From Deltaproteobacteria bacterium (lineage in GTDB: Bacteria > Myxococcota_A > Polyangia > Fen-1088): 64,000 bases of DNA. The notes under the pieces are model-generated. The model was not told where the DNA came from and ran no database searches. It saw only the letters and a program-made list of their open reading frames with translations. Made by a program: the position numbers and the translations under genes. Of the stretch, positions 19,742 through 30,122 are shown piece by piece. The stretch is from contig JANRKS010000019.1 of assembly GCA_033763315.1 (NCBI GenBank), positions 257,018 to 321,017 of the forward strand. Direction: 5' to 3'. Every line of letters begins with the position of its first letter. Positions within the stretch are counted from its first letter, which is position 1.

Positions 19742-20482
19742 ATGCCCCAGCAGGAAAAGCACGCCGAAAACTCAGTTCTCTTTTCGCTGCAGGAACTGCA
19801 GAAGATGGAGGAGCAGCGCGTGGCCCAAGAGAAGGCCAGCGCACGCGCCAAAGAAGAGGCTGAACGGCGAGCGAAGGAGGACGCGGAACGCCGTGCCCGC
19901 GAGGCTGAAGAAGCGAAGATCCGGGCAGCCGAAGAAGGTCGACGCCGCGAAGAGGAAATGCGTCTGGCGGCGGAACGCGAAGAGCGCATTCGAATTGAAG
20001 AAGCCGAGCGCCGCGCCCGCATCGAAGCTGAAACGCGTTTGCGCGAGGAGCAGATGCGGCTTGAAGCTCAAGCCAAACAACACCGCAAATCAAATACGGG
20101 CGCGATCATCGGTGTGGCCGCGGCGTTGGTAATCGCGGGCGGTGCGGGCTTTTATTTCTATAACGCTCACGTCGAAGAGCAGCAGATGGCCATGCGCCGT
20201 CAGCAGCAAAAAGAAAAAGAAGAGGTTGAGGCGAAGCTGCGTGAGCAGGAAGCCAAGTACGCGGCGATGATCGCGGAAAAGCAAAAAGAGATCGACACCA
20301 CCAAGGACGAAGTGCAACGCGAGCGGTTGCGCCAAGAGCAACGGCGTTTGCAAGAGCAGCAAAGCCAAGTGGTGTCTTCGCGTCGCAAGAATGATGCGAA
20401 GGACGAGAAACCTGCCGCAAAGTCGAACGTGTATACCGGCAAGAAGAAGGACGTTAGCGACAATCCTCTAGAAGGCTTATAA
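19742..20482 (+). CDS. Charged coiled-coil (E/R/A-rich) membrane protein carrying an N-terminal 'ENSVLFSL' motif
   Basis: 'AENSVLFSLQELQKMEE', then 'AKEEAERRAKEDAERRAREAEEAK' repeats, with a TM 'AIIGVAAALVIAGGAGFYFY' mid-protein. Confidence 0.6.
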   Translation: MPQQEKHAENSVLFSLQELQKMEEQRVAQEKASARAKEEAERRAKEDAERRAREAEEAKIRAAEEGRRREEEMRLAAEREERIRIEEAERRARIEAETRLREEQMRLEAQAKQHRKSNTGAIIGVAAALVIAGGAGFYFYNAHVEEQQMAMRRQQQKEKEEVEAKLREQEAKYAAMIAEKQKEIDTTKDEVQRERLRQEQRRLQEQQSQVVSSRRKNDAKDEKPAAKSNVYTGKKKDVSDNPLEGL

Positions 20483-20546
20483 ACATCCTGCGCGGATGTT
20501 GAGCGGGGTCGTTTCTTTTGCCCCTGACATGCTGTAAAACCCCGGC

Positions 20547-21113
20547 ATGTCGACCGACGAGTTTTATCAACGCCACTGGTCCCGCTTGCTTGAGCTGATG
20601 AAACAGCTCTCGTACGAAGAGCGTGAAGTGACCTTGGCGTCGGGGCTGAAGAGCAACTTCTATATCGACTGCAAGCAAACCGTGCTCGGAGCCGAGGGCC
20701 ACTTTTTGGTGGGCACTTTGATCAACCGGTTGCTGGTCGATAAATTTCCTTCCGTGGAGGCGGTGGGGGGGCTCACGATGGGTGCCGATCCGATCGCGTC
20801 GGCCGTGTCGACGATGAGTTTCATCATGGGCAACCCGCTGCGGGCGTTCTACGTGCGCAAGGAAGCCAAGGGCCACGGCACGGGCCAGTGGATTGAGGGG
20901 ACCAAGGGGCTTCGCCAGGGGATGCCCGTTGCCATCGTTGAAGACGTCGTGACCACGGGCGGCTCAGCTTTGAAAGCGTTGGCGCGCGCGAAGGAATACG
21001 GCCTGGATGTGAAAGCCATCATCGGGCTTGTGGATCGCGAAGAGGGCGGCCGCGAAGTCTTGGAGAAAGAAGCACCGCTTTTCACCTTGTTTGCCAAACG
21101 GGACTTTCGATGA
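20547..21113 (+). CDS. pyrE: Orotate phosphoribosyltransferase
   Basis: 'VAIVEDVVTTGGSALKA' PRPP-binding motif and 188 aa. Confidence 0.9.
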   Translation: MSTDEFYQRHWSRLLELMKQLSYEEREVTLASGLKSNFYIDCKQTVLGAEGHFLVGTLINRLLVDKFPSVEAVGGLTMGADPIASAVSTMSFIMGNPLRAFYVRKEAKGHGTGQWIEGTKGLRQGMPVAIVEDVVTTGGSALKALARAKEYGLDVKAIIGLVDREEGGREVLEKEAPLFTLFAKRDFR

Positions 21114-21799
21114 GCAAGAACACCACTGGCGATGACGTTGCCACCACCAACCGCCGCACGTTTGTGCGCGCGGCCGCGTGGAGCGCTCTCGGGGTGGTGA
21201 CGCTTGCAGGTTGCCGCACGGGGCAGCCGGTGCTTGTGGACTTCGGCGATCGCTCCCGCCACTTCCTGCCGTCTGATTACCCCGCGATTTTTAACCGTTG
21301 GACCCGCCACGCACGCTTTGTGTCGGCGAACGAGGGCACGGTGATCGAGATGTGGGGCACTCTCAAGAGCTGGGAATTCCGCGAGGCGTATGTTGAAAGA
21401 TACGCCGAGACGTACGCGCTGTCGGGCGACGAGAAGTCGGCATTGATGGCCAGTGAACTTAAGAAGTCCCGCGCGGTGTACGAGTTTCACCTCACGGTGC
21501 AAACGTCTGATTATCGATCGAACGATCTTGAAAAGCGCGATTCGGCGTGGCGCCTGTCGCTCGTCGATGGCACGGGCGATGAGTTGTTTCCCTCTGAGGT
21601 CGAGTTTTTGCGGTTGCCCATTCCTTACGAAGAAACGTTTTTTCCGGAAAAGACGTCATTTTCGCGCGCTTACACCGCCACTTTTGAACACGAGAAGCCA
21701 GATCAAGGTTCCGCGTTCGGTGGCGCGGCCACGGGTGAGCTCACGCTGCGCGTGCGCGGCCCCTTGGGTGGCGTCGAGCTGACGTGGCAATCGAAGTAG
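21110..21799 (+). CDS. Hypothetical lipoprotein (Tat-like RR signal)
   Basis: 'NRRTFVRAAAWSALGVVTLAGC' lipobox. 4-bp overlap with pyrE. Confidence 0.5.
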   Translation: MSKNTTGDDVATTNRRTFVRAAAWSALGVVTLAGCRTGQPVLVDFGDRSRHFLPSDYPAIFNRWTRHARFVSANEGTVIEMWGTLKSWEFREAYVERYAETYALSGDEKSALMASELKKSRAVYEFHLTVQTSDYRSNDLEKRDSAWRLSLVDGTGDELFPSEVEFLRLPIPYEETFFPEKTSFSRAYTATFEHEKPDQGSAFGGAATGELTLRVRGPLGGVELTWQSK

Positions 21800-21813
21800 C
21801 GGCGCCCGACTGA

Positions 21814-23625
21814 CTAGAGATCGTCGAAGCTGTCAGGCTTGTCGGGCTTATAGAGATCTTTCTCGCGATCGAAAAAGTCCTTCTCCAAAGCATCGAATTC
21901 GCCCGTTCTGGTTTTTGCGGCAAACGGATTGCTTTGCGGGCCCGTCTTGCTGCGAGCCGCGACTGGGGCGTTGGCCGAAGCCGCCAAGGGAATCGGGGTG
22001 CCGCGCGGGTTTGCCATGACCGGCGGCGCGGCAACGGGCGCCGGAGCGGGCGGTTCAAGCTCGGCCATCAGAGACGGATCAAGTTCAATGGAACCCGTGG
22101 GTCGTGAGGCCGCGGTCTTTGCCGCGCGGGGGGCCGTGGGGATTTCCAGCAAACCCGTGGTGCGGGGTGCGGGCGCTGCAATGACATTGATTGGCGCTGC
22201 TGCCGGGTCGGGTCGGGCAGCGGCGACGGGCCCGGGCGTTGTGGTGGCGGCCATCTGGGGCCGTGCAGGGGCTGCCGCTTCTAGGGCCGCCATCTCTTCC
22301 AGGTACTCGGGCGGCAAGTCGATCACCATCGAGGGGCGCGGCTTTACCGCTTTGTCTTCCGTGGACGACTTGGCCAACATTTCACCGCGCGTGACCCGAC
22401 CGGCTTCAGCGACTTCCGGGCGCTTGCCGACCGCCGTGGCTGCTGCAGCCATTGTGACCGTGCCGTTGGCGACGGGCGCGATAGGAGAGGCGGGTGAGGG
22501 CAGCGGGCCGGTGCTGCCGCTTTGGTACGAGACGGCCGGCGGGGCGTTTTGCACAGTGGGCACGGTGGCTTGCACCGGGGCCGCTGCGACCGGCGCTTGC
22601 GACAACGCTTCTAGATGAGCGGCCGCCAATACAGCCGCGTCGATGCGTTCGCGGTCCGATTCGCCTTTGAGCCAAGATTCCATCAGCGGGCTGGCCGCGG
22701 ACGTGGAGACGGCGGGGCGGGATTCCACGCCCTCTTTGCGCCGAATGGTTTGGGTGTCGACGAAGCGAGCGATGATCTTCAATGTGTCGAACACGCGGAA
22801 TGGACTTTCATCCAAGACGTCGCTGATGGATCGTTGACCGTCAAACAGACGCAGAACGGGGGCTACCTCGGAGGCAACTTCAACCGCGGGTGACGGCACC
22901 GGTTCGTAGACCGTTTGTGCGGATCCCAGCGCGCGGGCCGTGTGCGCGAAGTCGCGTAGGAAGCGTTCAACATCTTCCATCAGGGCTGGGCCTTTGCTGT
23001 TGAACTGGCCTCGGGCCGTGACGGCTTTGAATCGCACGTCGAGAGCGGCTTCCTCCCACAGCAAGAGCTGGTTCAAGGCTGGCGCGCCCGTGATGGTTCC
23101 GACCTGGGCTGTGCGCAGTTCGCCTTTGCAGATCTTCATCTCGCCTTTGCGGTTGGCCCGTTCCATCTGAACCACGGCCGACTGCTTGAGCGTTAAAAGC
23201 GTACGCAGCAAAAAGAACAAGCCGTATTCGGAGAGGGCACCTTGCACTGTGGGTTCTTTGCCGTCGCGGCGGGTGGCCGCGCGCAATCGGGTTGCGGTGA
23301 TGACATCCCGCAGGTAGGCCGGCACGGGTAAAAAGTCCACATTGGGTTGGTTGACGCTGGCGCGGCGGTGCTCCTCGCTTCCAAGCGCAACCACGGGCAG
23401 CCGGCTGCCGGTTGATAGCCCCTCGAGAACGAAGCGACTGGCCTCAGGGCTTTGGCGAAGCGTTACCACCACGACCTCAGGACGTTCGGCTTGCAGCTGC
23501 GCGAGGGCCTCGTCGTTCGAGGCGGCCGTCGAAACGCGCACCCCCTCTCGCTCAAAGCCAAAGGCCATCGCCGCAAGACCTTGAGGGTCGCTATCAATCA
23601 AAAGGACGTGAGATAGACGGGCCAT
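21814..23625 (-). CDS. Response-regulator-like protein: N-terminal (pseudo-)receiver, DUF4388 domain, long Pro/Ala-rich tail
   Basis: Receiver fold 'HVLLIDSDPQG...EVVVVTLRQ', with Thr at the usual phospho-acceptor Asp position. DUF4388-like 'LSEYGLFFLLRTLLTLKQSAVVQ'. Confidence 0.6.
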   Translation of the reverse strand: MARLSHVLLIDSDPQGLAAMAFGFEREGVRVSTAASNDEALAQLQAERPEVVVVTLRQSPEASRFVLEGLSTGSRLPVVALGSEEHRRASVNQPNVDFLPVPAYLRDVITATRLRAATRRDGKEPTVQGALSEYGLFFLLRTLLTLKQSAVVQMERANRKGEMKICKGELRTAQVGTITGAPALNQLLLWEEAALDVRFKAVTARGQFNSKGPALMEDVERFLRDFAHTARALGSAQTVYEPVPSPAVEVASEVAPVLRLFDGQRSISDVLDESPFRVFDTLKIIARFVDTQTIRRKEGVESRPAVSTSAASPLMESWLKGESDRERIDAAVLAAAHLEALSQAPVAAAPVQATVPTVQNAPPAVSYQSGSTGPLPSPASPIAPVANGTVTMAAAATAVGKRPEVAEAGRVTRGEMLAKSSTEDKAVKPRPSMVIDLPPEYLEEMAALEAAAPARPQMAATTTPGPVAAARPDPAAAPINVIAAPAPRTTGLLEIPTAPRAAKTAASRPTGSIELDPSLMAELEPPAPAPVAAPPVMANPRGTPIPLAASANAPVAARSKTGPQSNPFAAKTRTGEFDALEKDFFDREKDLYKPDKPDSFDDL

Positions 23626-23871
23626 TTTTTCTTAAAGGAAGTCGAAGAGTATAGGGCAGATGCCCCAAATCGCACAGCAAAGTTGGGGTAAGTACGTGTG
23701 GTATCGCATGCGTAAAATGTTGAGGGAGGCGAAACGGGTCCGTGGCCCGACCTTGGGGGGGCCAAGGGCGGCGATAACGGGGGGGCAAGGGTAACCTCAC
23801 TGTGACGCCGACTTGGTTGGTGACCATTGCGGGTTGCTTGTCATCAAACTTTCCTAAACCGAACAAGTGCA

Positions 23872-25254
23872 ATGCTGGTACAACCCTCGTCCTTCACCGT
23901 GTCTGACTTTCTGGCTGAGCCCGTCACATCATTCGTTCAACTGGTCCGCTACTTTGAGCGGCAGACGAAGCCGTCGTCGCACTGGCGGATTGGTTTAGAG
24001 CACGAAAAGATCGCCGTTCGACACGACGGCTCCCCCGTGCCGTTCGACGGGCCGCAAGGGCTTTGGGCTCTGTTGATGAAATTGGAACGCTTGGGCTTTT
24101 CGGCCCGCCTTGAGAACGGGCACCCCGTTGCGCTGTGGCGGGACACGGACAACGTGACTTTGGAGCCAGGGGGCCAGGTTGAGATGTCCGCGGGCCCCGC
24201 CGCCAGCATGACCCAGGCCGCCCAAGCGATGCGCAGCCATTTGGTGGAACTGCGGAGCCTGGCCACAGATTTGGATATCCGTTTCATCGCCGCGGGCTTT
24301 CGACCCTTCGGAACGCTTGACGATGTGCCGTGGCAGCCGAAGCGCCGTTACGAAATTATGCGGACCTTCTTACCGGAGCAGGGGCGCGATGGCAGCCTGG
24401 CCCCGGAAATGATGAAGCGGACGGCCACGGTGCAGTTCAACTTCGACTTTTCGGATGAAACCGACGCTGCCCAACGCATGCGTATGGGTTTTGGGGTCAC
24501 GCCGTTGGTCACGGCGCTTTCGGCCGCGTCGCCCCTGGTGCAGGGCAAGCCAAGCGGCTACATGACATACCGAGCGGCGATCTGGCTGCAGACCGATGAA
24601 AACCGCTGTGGTTTGCTGCCCGCGGCGTTCCGCGACGATTTTTCCTTCGCCGCTTATGCGGAGTGGGCGCTGGATATTCCGATGTTCTTCGTGGTGCGCG
24701 GTGACGTCTACCTGACGTTCGATAAGCCCACCACGTTCCGCGAGTTTTGGCGTCAGGGGATCGATGACGGCAAAGTGGTTCATCGCGCCACTTTGGCCGA
24801 CTGGGAAATGCACCTGTCCACTGTGTTTCCGGAAGTGCGGCTAAAGCGAACGGTTGAGATGCGTGGCGCGGACGCGGCACCTTTGCCGGTGGCGTTTGGC
24901 CTGGGGGCGCTGTGGCGCGGGCTGGTGGATGATCCCGAGGCACGTGAGGCCGCTTGGCAGCTGGTGTCGTATGCAACGCCCGAAGAGCGCGAAGCCACCC
25001 GCCGCCAAGTGCCGAAGATGGCCCTCGAGGCCAATCTTGGTCGACACAAGCTGGGTGACTTGGCGCCCGAACTTGTGGCGATTGCTAAACAAGGTCTGCT
25101 GAGGCTGAACGGAGGTGACGCGGATGCGCGCCTTTTGGAGCCGCTCGAACAGCTGGCTGCGGAGCGCCGTTGTCCAGCGATGGCCATGTTGGAAGACTAC
25201 GAACGCTTCAACGGCGACCCGGCGAAATTAATCGCGGCGTGGGAACACCAATAA
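23872..25254 (+). CDS. gshA: Glutamate-cysteine ligase (plant/proteobacterial GCS family)
   Basis: 'RIGLEHEKIAV' and 'FRPFGTLDDVPWQPKRRYEIM', about 460 aa. Confidence 0.75.
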   Translation: MLVQPSSFTVSDFLAEPVTSFVQLVRYFERQTKPSSHWRIGLEHEKIAVRHDGSPVPFDGPQGLWALLMKLERLGFSARLENGHPVALWRDTDNVTLEPGGQVEMSAGPAASMTQAAQAMRSHLVELRSLATDLDIRFIAAGFRPFGTLDDVPWQPKRRYEIMRTFLPEQGRDGSLAPEMMKRTATVQFNFDFSDETDAAQRMRMGFGVTPLVTALSAASPLVQGKPSGYMTYRAAIWLQTDENRCGLLPAAFRDDFSFAAYAEWALDIPMFFVVRGDVYLTFDKPTTFREFWRQGIDDGKVVHRATLADWEMHLSTVFPEVRLKRTVEMRGADAAPLPVAFGLGALWRGLVDDPEAREAAWQLVSYATPEEREATRRQVPKMALEANLGRHKLGDLAPELVAIAKQGLLRLNGGDADARLLEPLEQLAAERRCPAMAMLEDYERFNGDPAKLIAAWEHQ

Positions 25255-25299
25255 GGCGAATCACAGACGCCCAAGGTGGCCCGGATAGAAGCGAAGTTG

Positions 25300-25371
25300 A
25301 GGTGCCGCCCGGATTTGAACCGGGGAATGAGGGTTTTGCAGACCCTTGCCTTACCACTTGGCCACGGCACC
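25300..25371 (-). tRNA. tRNA-Cys (anticodon GCA)
   Basis: Manually folded: acceptor GGTGCCG/CGGCACC; D-stem GCCA/AGGC; anticodon stem AGGGT/ACCCT with loop CTGCAAA; T-arm CCCGG-TTCAAAT-CCGGG; discriminator U. CCA is not encoded. Confidence 0.85.
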
Positions 25372-25429
25372 GCCCGAAAAGGGAATACGGGTGTACCACA
25401 AAGACAGTGCGTCGTCACCAGTTCACGGA

Positions 25430-27832
25430 CTAGATCGATTGGCCAGTTGATCGTTCGCTTTCTTTGGGGGTGGTCAACGCCCCTTGGCGCAAGTATTGGG
25501 ACGCCATTTCGTATTCAAAGAACGACACCATATTGGTTTGAAGAACCTGTAACCACAGGGCATGGGCCTCGTCTTCCTTGCCGTCGCCCAAGAGGCGCAT
25601 GGCTTGATAGAAATAAAGCTCCGCCTTGCGACCGGGGGTCGAGGCTTCCGCGGCCAACGCTTCGTAGGAAAGCTCGCCGAGCGCGAAGCGAGCCAAGCGT
25701 GCGTACCACATAGCGGTGCGCGACGGACGTAGCAACAGCGTTCGGTGCGCGATGAAGCCCAAATAAGCCTGCGCCGACGGATCGGGCGCGCGTCCGCTGC
25801 GACGGCTGAGATCGGCCAGCCACAGCGACGCGTAGACCTTAACGTATTCCGACACTGAATCGCCTCCCTTCGAAAGCGCGCGGCGGAAGACGTCGATGGC
25901 AGCGTCGAGCTCACCTCGCTGCACGAGGAAGGCGAGGGCATCGCTGTAAGTTTGATCGCGCGATTCATCTACCTCCACCGCCTCCGAAAACTTTTGCAAG
26001 GCCTCTTCGCGGCGACCCATGAGGTAGTAAAGGCGAGCGACCTCCACAGTGGCTTCAGCCGCGGGACCACGGCGACGGTTGCGCATGTGATCGATCATCA
26101 AGCGGTCCCAACCCAGCAGGGCCGTGCGGTAGGCTTTTTGTGCGTCGCCATCGCGGCCCGCCACGTCCAGCGCTTGCCCCAAAGCGCGCGCCAGCTTCGA
26201 ATGGCTTTCAACGTACCCAATGGTCTCTTGTGGGGGATCCTCGGGTTGGTGGCGTTCGAGGCCTTCGTGCAACACACGAACGGCGTCAGCAGCGTTGCCC
26301 TTTTTGAGCAAGAGGTTGCCGAACGCCAGCGTGGTGTCGACTTCGGCGTTTGGCTCTTGGGTGGCCTTCGCCAATATCGGCTCGGCTTTGGCGGTGAGGC
26401 CGGCGTCCACAAAGTTGCGCGCGAGCTCAAGCTCCACAGGTTTATCCGACAACCATTCGGCGGATTGCCCAAACTGTTGCCGGGCCTGCGCCATGCGGCC
26501 TCGCAAAGCTTCGGCATTCTTCAACGCAGGCCGTACGTCTTCTGGATCCATGCGCGCGCGGAAGAGCGCAAATTGCAGCTCGACCGTTTCTTTGGCGAGG
26601 CCTTCCAAATCTTCCTTGGCTGCGTTCTGCGTGCGCATCAGAGGTTCGGCCTCTTCAAGCAGCTCAAGCGCCAGCAAAGGCGATCCCACCAGGCGGCTCA
26701 CGCGCGATTGCAGCACCAACAGTTCGACGCTTTGGGGATGAAAGCGCAGGCCAAGTTCGAGCACCCGAAAGGCCGCCCAGGCATCCACACGGTCTGAAGA
26801 GGTGCCGCCCAACAAGGGTAGCTTGGGAAGGAACCGGCGCGCGAGGGCTGCGAAGTTGATCGGCGCGGGCTTGCTGGTTTTTGCGACTGCCTTGAGTAAG
26901 GTGCGCAAATCGGCGTCATCGCCTGGGCGGCCCGCGAGGGGGTCAATCGCCGTGAGGGCGCCGGATACGTCGGACGAGCGCAGATAAACCGCCGCAACGC
27001 TGGGGGCGAGCGTGGTGACGCTGTCGGCGTCTTCAATCATCTCTTCGCCGAACATTCCGGCGTGAGCGCCTCCACCCAAGGGTCGGCGTAGGCGGCCGGT
27101 CAACTGGTCGTGCCGATCGACCAACGTCTTTGCCAGGCGTTGTGTGAGCGCGGGGCTTGGCCAACGCCAGGCGACGTCTTCAAGCAAGCGGCGTGGCGAT
27201 GGCGGCGCTTCAAGTTGCGAGTTGCCTGCGGCGATCTCTTTGCCATTTTCTGCCCACGCCAACACGTCCTGTAACTCTTGGGTCCATCGTTTGGAATCAG
27301 GTTCAAGGACGGCGAGCACAGCCACAGCCAAGGCTGACTCTGCCTCGGCGCCTTGCGCACCAAACAACGTGCGAACCAGGTTTGCCGCGTGCAGGAGCCG
27401 CTTGTGATCGAGGGCGGCCAGGTTCAAAGGCTGCGACAGCTCTACAGGGTGAAACAACGTGGCTGCGTCTTGAAAGCTGCTGCGCACGAGTTTGTCGTAC
27501 TCAGCATTGACCAAACCCACGCCGCCGTCGCGCAGGCTCTCGGGGGTGATCTTTTCGAGGGGGGCCAGCAAATAGGCGAGCAAGCGCGATCGCAAGGCTT
27601 GCCGCTCTGGTGCATAGACGGGCAGGGCCTGAAACGTTAGCCGCGCTTCCAAAAACTCCTCTTCGACGCGCGGCTGTGGCGTTTCGTTGGCCAGCTTCGC
27701 GTAGTTTTGCGCAACGTTCGAGAGCGGCGGTTTGGGAGCGACTTGGTGATGAGCACAGGCTGTGAAGATGACGGCCAAGGCCAACACCGGAGCCAGCCGC
27801 CCCATTCCGGTGCACAACCGGCTGATTTGCAT
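25430..27832 (-). CDS. Secreted TPR-repeat protein (about 790 aa)
   Basis: Signal peptide 'APVLALAVIFTACA'. Repeated 'A..Y..A..L/G' TPR-like helices throughout. Confidence 0.55.
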   Translation of the reverse strand: MQISRLCTGMGRLAPVLALAVIFTACAHHQVAPKPPLSNVAQNYAKLANETPQPRVEEEFLEARLTFQALPVYAPERQALRSRLLAYLLAPLEKITPESLRDGGVGLVNAEYDKLVRSSFQDAATLFHPVELSQPLNLAALDHKRLLHAANLVRTLFGAQGAEAESALAVAVLAVLEPDSKRWTQELQDVLAWAENGKEIAAGNSQLEAPPSPRRLLEDVAWRWPSPALTQRLAKTLVDRHDQLTGRLRRPLGGGAHAGMFGEEMIEDADSVTTLAPSVAAVYLRSSDVSGALTAIDPLAGRPGDDADLRTLLKAVAKTSKPAPINFAALARRFLPKLPLLGGTSSDRVDAWAAFRVLELGLRFHPQSVELLVLQSRVSRLVGSPLLALELLEEAEPLMRTQNAAKEDLEGLAKETVELQFALFRARMDPEDVRPALKNAEALRGRMAQARQQFGQSAEWLSDKPVELELARNFVDAGLTAKAEPILAKATQEPNAEVDTTLAFGNLLLKKGNAADAVRVLHEGLERHQPEDPPQETIGYVESHSKLARALGQALDVAGRDGDAQKAYRTALLGWDRLMIDHMRNRRRGPAAEATVEVARLYYLMGRREEALQKFSEAVEVDESRDQTYSDALAFLVQRGELDAAIDVFRRALSKGGDSVSEYVKVYASLWLADLSRRSGRAPDPSAQAYLGFIAHRTLLLRPSRTAMWYARLARFALGELSYEALAAEASTPGRKAELYFYQAMRLLGDGKEDEAHALWLQVLQTNMVSFFEYEMASQYLRQGALTTPKESERSTGQSI

Positions 27833-27931
27833 CTCGGGAGTTTACCAGCGATTCGCGCAGGCGCGCTGGCGGCCGGGCCTCCCGCGGGCGAAGATGGACG
27901 AAAAGGCGAAAAAATCGTCGTAGGAGCCTGC

Positions 27932-28714
27932 ATGAACACGACTTCGGGTCAGCCATCCGCTTTTGCGTCTCGTACCTCTGGCGATATAGATGCCAAGACG
28001 CGCATTTACGGCCACCGGGGTGCAAGCGCTTGTGAGCCCGAGAATAGCTTGCCGGCGTTCGCACGTGCGCGGTCAGACGGCGCTGACGGCGTTGAGCTTG
28101 ACGTGCGGTTGTGTGCGAGCGGCGAGTTGTTTGTGTTCCACGATAAGGATCTGCGCCGCTTGGCTGGCCGCCCGGAACGTTTCGATGCCTTGGACTATGG
28201 GCAGGTGCGATCGCTTACGTTGAGCTCGGGCGTGGGTGTGCCTTCACTGCCCGAAGTGTTCGAGGCTGTGGGGCCCGACATGTTTGTGAACGTTGAACTC
28301 AAGACGGACGCGTTGGCGTCGCGCGCGTTGCCGCGCCTTGTGGCGGCCGTGGCCAAGACGCTGGGTGGCGTGCCTCGTCCCGAACGGGTGATTTTGTCAT
28401 CGTTCAACCCCTTGGCTGTGCTTGCGTCGGCGGTGGCGATGCCACGGATCGCGCGCGGCTTGCTGTTTGAATCTGATGGTCCCTTGTGGGCGCGGGGGCA
28501 AGCGTTGATTCCGGTGATGCCGTTGCAGGCCGTTCACCCGCAGAACCATCTGTGCACGGCGGCCGCGGTGGCAATGTGGAAGGCACGGGGCCTGGCCATA
28601 AACGTGTGGACGGTGGACGATCCCCAGCGCCAGCGTGAACTGGTGGCGTTGGGCGTGGATGGGATCATCACCAACAACCCAGCGGCCGCACGGGCCAACC
28701 TCAGTGGGTTGTAA
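27932..28714 (+). CDS. Glycerophosphodiester phosphodiesterase family protein
   Basis: 'IYGHRGASACEPENSLPAF' and 'GADGVELDVRLCASGELFVFHD'. Start set at the ATG with RBS TAGGAG. Confidence 0.8.
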   Translation: MNTTSGQPSAFASRTSGDIDAKTRIYGHRGASACEPENSLPAFARARSDGADGVELDVRLCASGELFVFHDKDLRRLAGRPERFDALDYGQVRSLTLSSGVGVPSLPEVFEAVGPDMFVNVELKTDALASRALPRLVAAVAKTLGGVPRPERVILSSFNPLAVLASAVAMPRIARGLLFESDGPLWARGQALIPVMPLQAVHPQNHLCTAAAVAMWKARGLAINVWTVDDPQRQRELVALGVDGIITNNPAAARANLSGL

Positions 28715-30122
28715 ACGGCGTCACGTCGATCGCGGTGGATTTAATGCCCGCGGCTTGCAGCTTTGGCAGCAACACAGACGCCGTGGCCACCATCGTGATG
28801 GCTAGATCTTTGGGATGAAGGTGTTTCGCGAGGGCGGCGCGCACCTCATCGGGCGTCGTGGCTTTGACCTTGTCCGGGAACGTGTCGATGAAGTCGCGCG
28901 GCAGGCCTGCGATCTCGCCCGCGATCCGTCGGCCCAAGCGCGCGCCGGGCGTATCCAAATCGGCCGCATAGGATCCCGCCAAAAACTTTTGAAAGAAGCT
29001 GACGTCTGCGTCGGCCAGGGGCTTTTTGAGCAACTGCCCATAAAGGCGCAGCACAAGCTTGAGTGTATCAACCGCGTTTTCCACACCGGTGAACACCCAG
29101 CCGCGCAACACGGTCAGCGAGGGGTGGGGCACGGCGTTCATATAAGCACCATAGGCCCAGCCTCGTTTGGTCCGCACTTCGTTCATCAACGTGGCGTTCA
29201 TCGCATGGCCGCCAAAGCGTGACAGGCCGATGAGCAGCGGGATGTAATCTGGATCCGAAGGCGGCATGGCCAAGTGGCCGAACATGATCTGCACCTGCTG
29301 CCGCTCAGGCTTATCCACCAACAAAATCCGCCAGCCTTCGGGGGGCAGCGCGCGCGGCTCTCGCAGCGTTTGATCGCGCCCCGGCACAAGCGTGGAAAAT
29401 CGTTTGTGAATGGCGGCCGCAAAAGCGGTGGCGCTGATATCGCCTGAGGCGCCGAATATCAGGTTCTTGCCAACGAATTGCTCGCGAAAATGCCGATTCA
29501 GCTGCGAAGGCTGAATGCGCGACACGCTGGCCTCGCTGCCATCGGGCGCTTGCCCATAGGGGTGCCGCCCAAACAACCGCAGCGAGAAGTTGCGATCGCA
29601 CAACGTGCGATCGTCGTTGCGCGATTCTGAAATGATGGCCTTGATCTCGCGACGCGAGCGCTCCATCTCGGCGGATGCGAACGTGGGGCGCAAGATCACG
29701 TCGGCCAATAGATCCATGAATGCATCGAAATTCTTGGCCAACACGCGGCCGACGAAGCGGGTGCTGTCCGCGTCCACGATGGCGTCCAAACTGGCGCCCA
29801 AATCGTCGAGGCGGTTATCGATTTCTGTGCGATCTTTGCCGGCCGCGCCTCGGCGTGCCACTTCCGCTGCCAAATTGGAGAGGCCTTCCAGCTTTTCAGG
29901 GTCAGAAGCGCTGCCACTGCGTGCGGCCACCACAACCGATATCACCGGTAAAGTGTGGTTTTCTTCCACCAGCAACAAAGATCCCGCGGGACCTTCAGCG
30001 AAGTTGGTTTGATTTGAAGGGGCGGCTGAGGTTTGTGCGAACGAATCAGACATACGAGTTCCCATCAAGACGAGGGCGATGGCACATGACCAAGCAAGAC
30101 GTTTGTGAACGACCCCCATCAT
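28701..30122 (-). CDS. M16-family peptidase homolog lacking the HxxEH motif (non-catalytic partner subunit)
   Basis: Signal peptide, M16 fold and length, no inverted zincin motif. 4-bp overlap with the upstream M16 gene. Confidence 0.7.
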   Translation of the reverse strand: MMGVVHKRLAWSCAIALVLMGTRMSDSFAQTSAAPSNQTNFAEGPAGSLLLVEENHTLPVISVVVAARSGSASDPEKLEGLSNLAAEVARRGAAGKDRTEIDNRLDDLGASLDAIVDADSTRFVGRVLAKNFDAFMDLLADVILRPTFASAEMERSRREIKAIISESRNDDRTLCDRNFSLRLFGRHPYGQAPDGSEASVSRIQPSQLNRHFREQFVGKNLIFGASGDISATAFAAAIHKRFSTLVPGRDQTLREPRALPPEGWRILLVDKPERQQVQIMFGHLAMPPSDPDYIPLLIGLSRFGGHAMNATLMNEVRTKRGWAYGAYMNAVPHPSLTVLRGWVFTGVENAVDTLKLVLRLYGQLLKKPLADADVSFFQKFLAGSYAADLDTPGARLGRRIAGEIAGLPRDFIDTFPDKVKATTPDEVRAALAKHLHPKDLAITMVATASVLLPKLQAAGIKSTAIDVTPFTTH

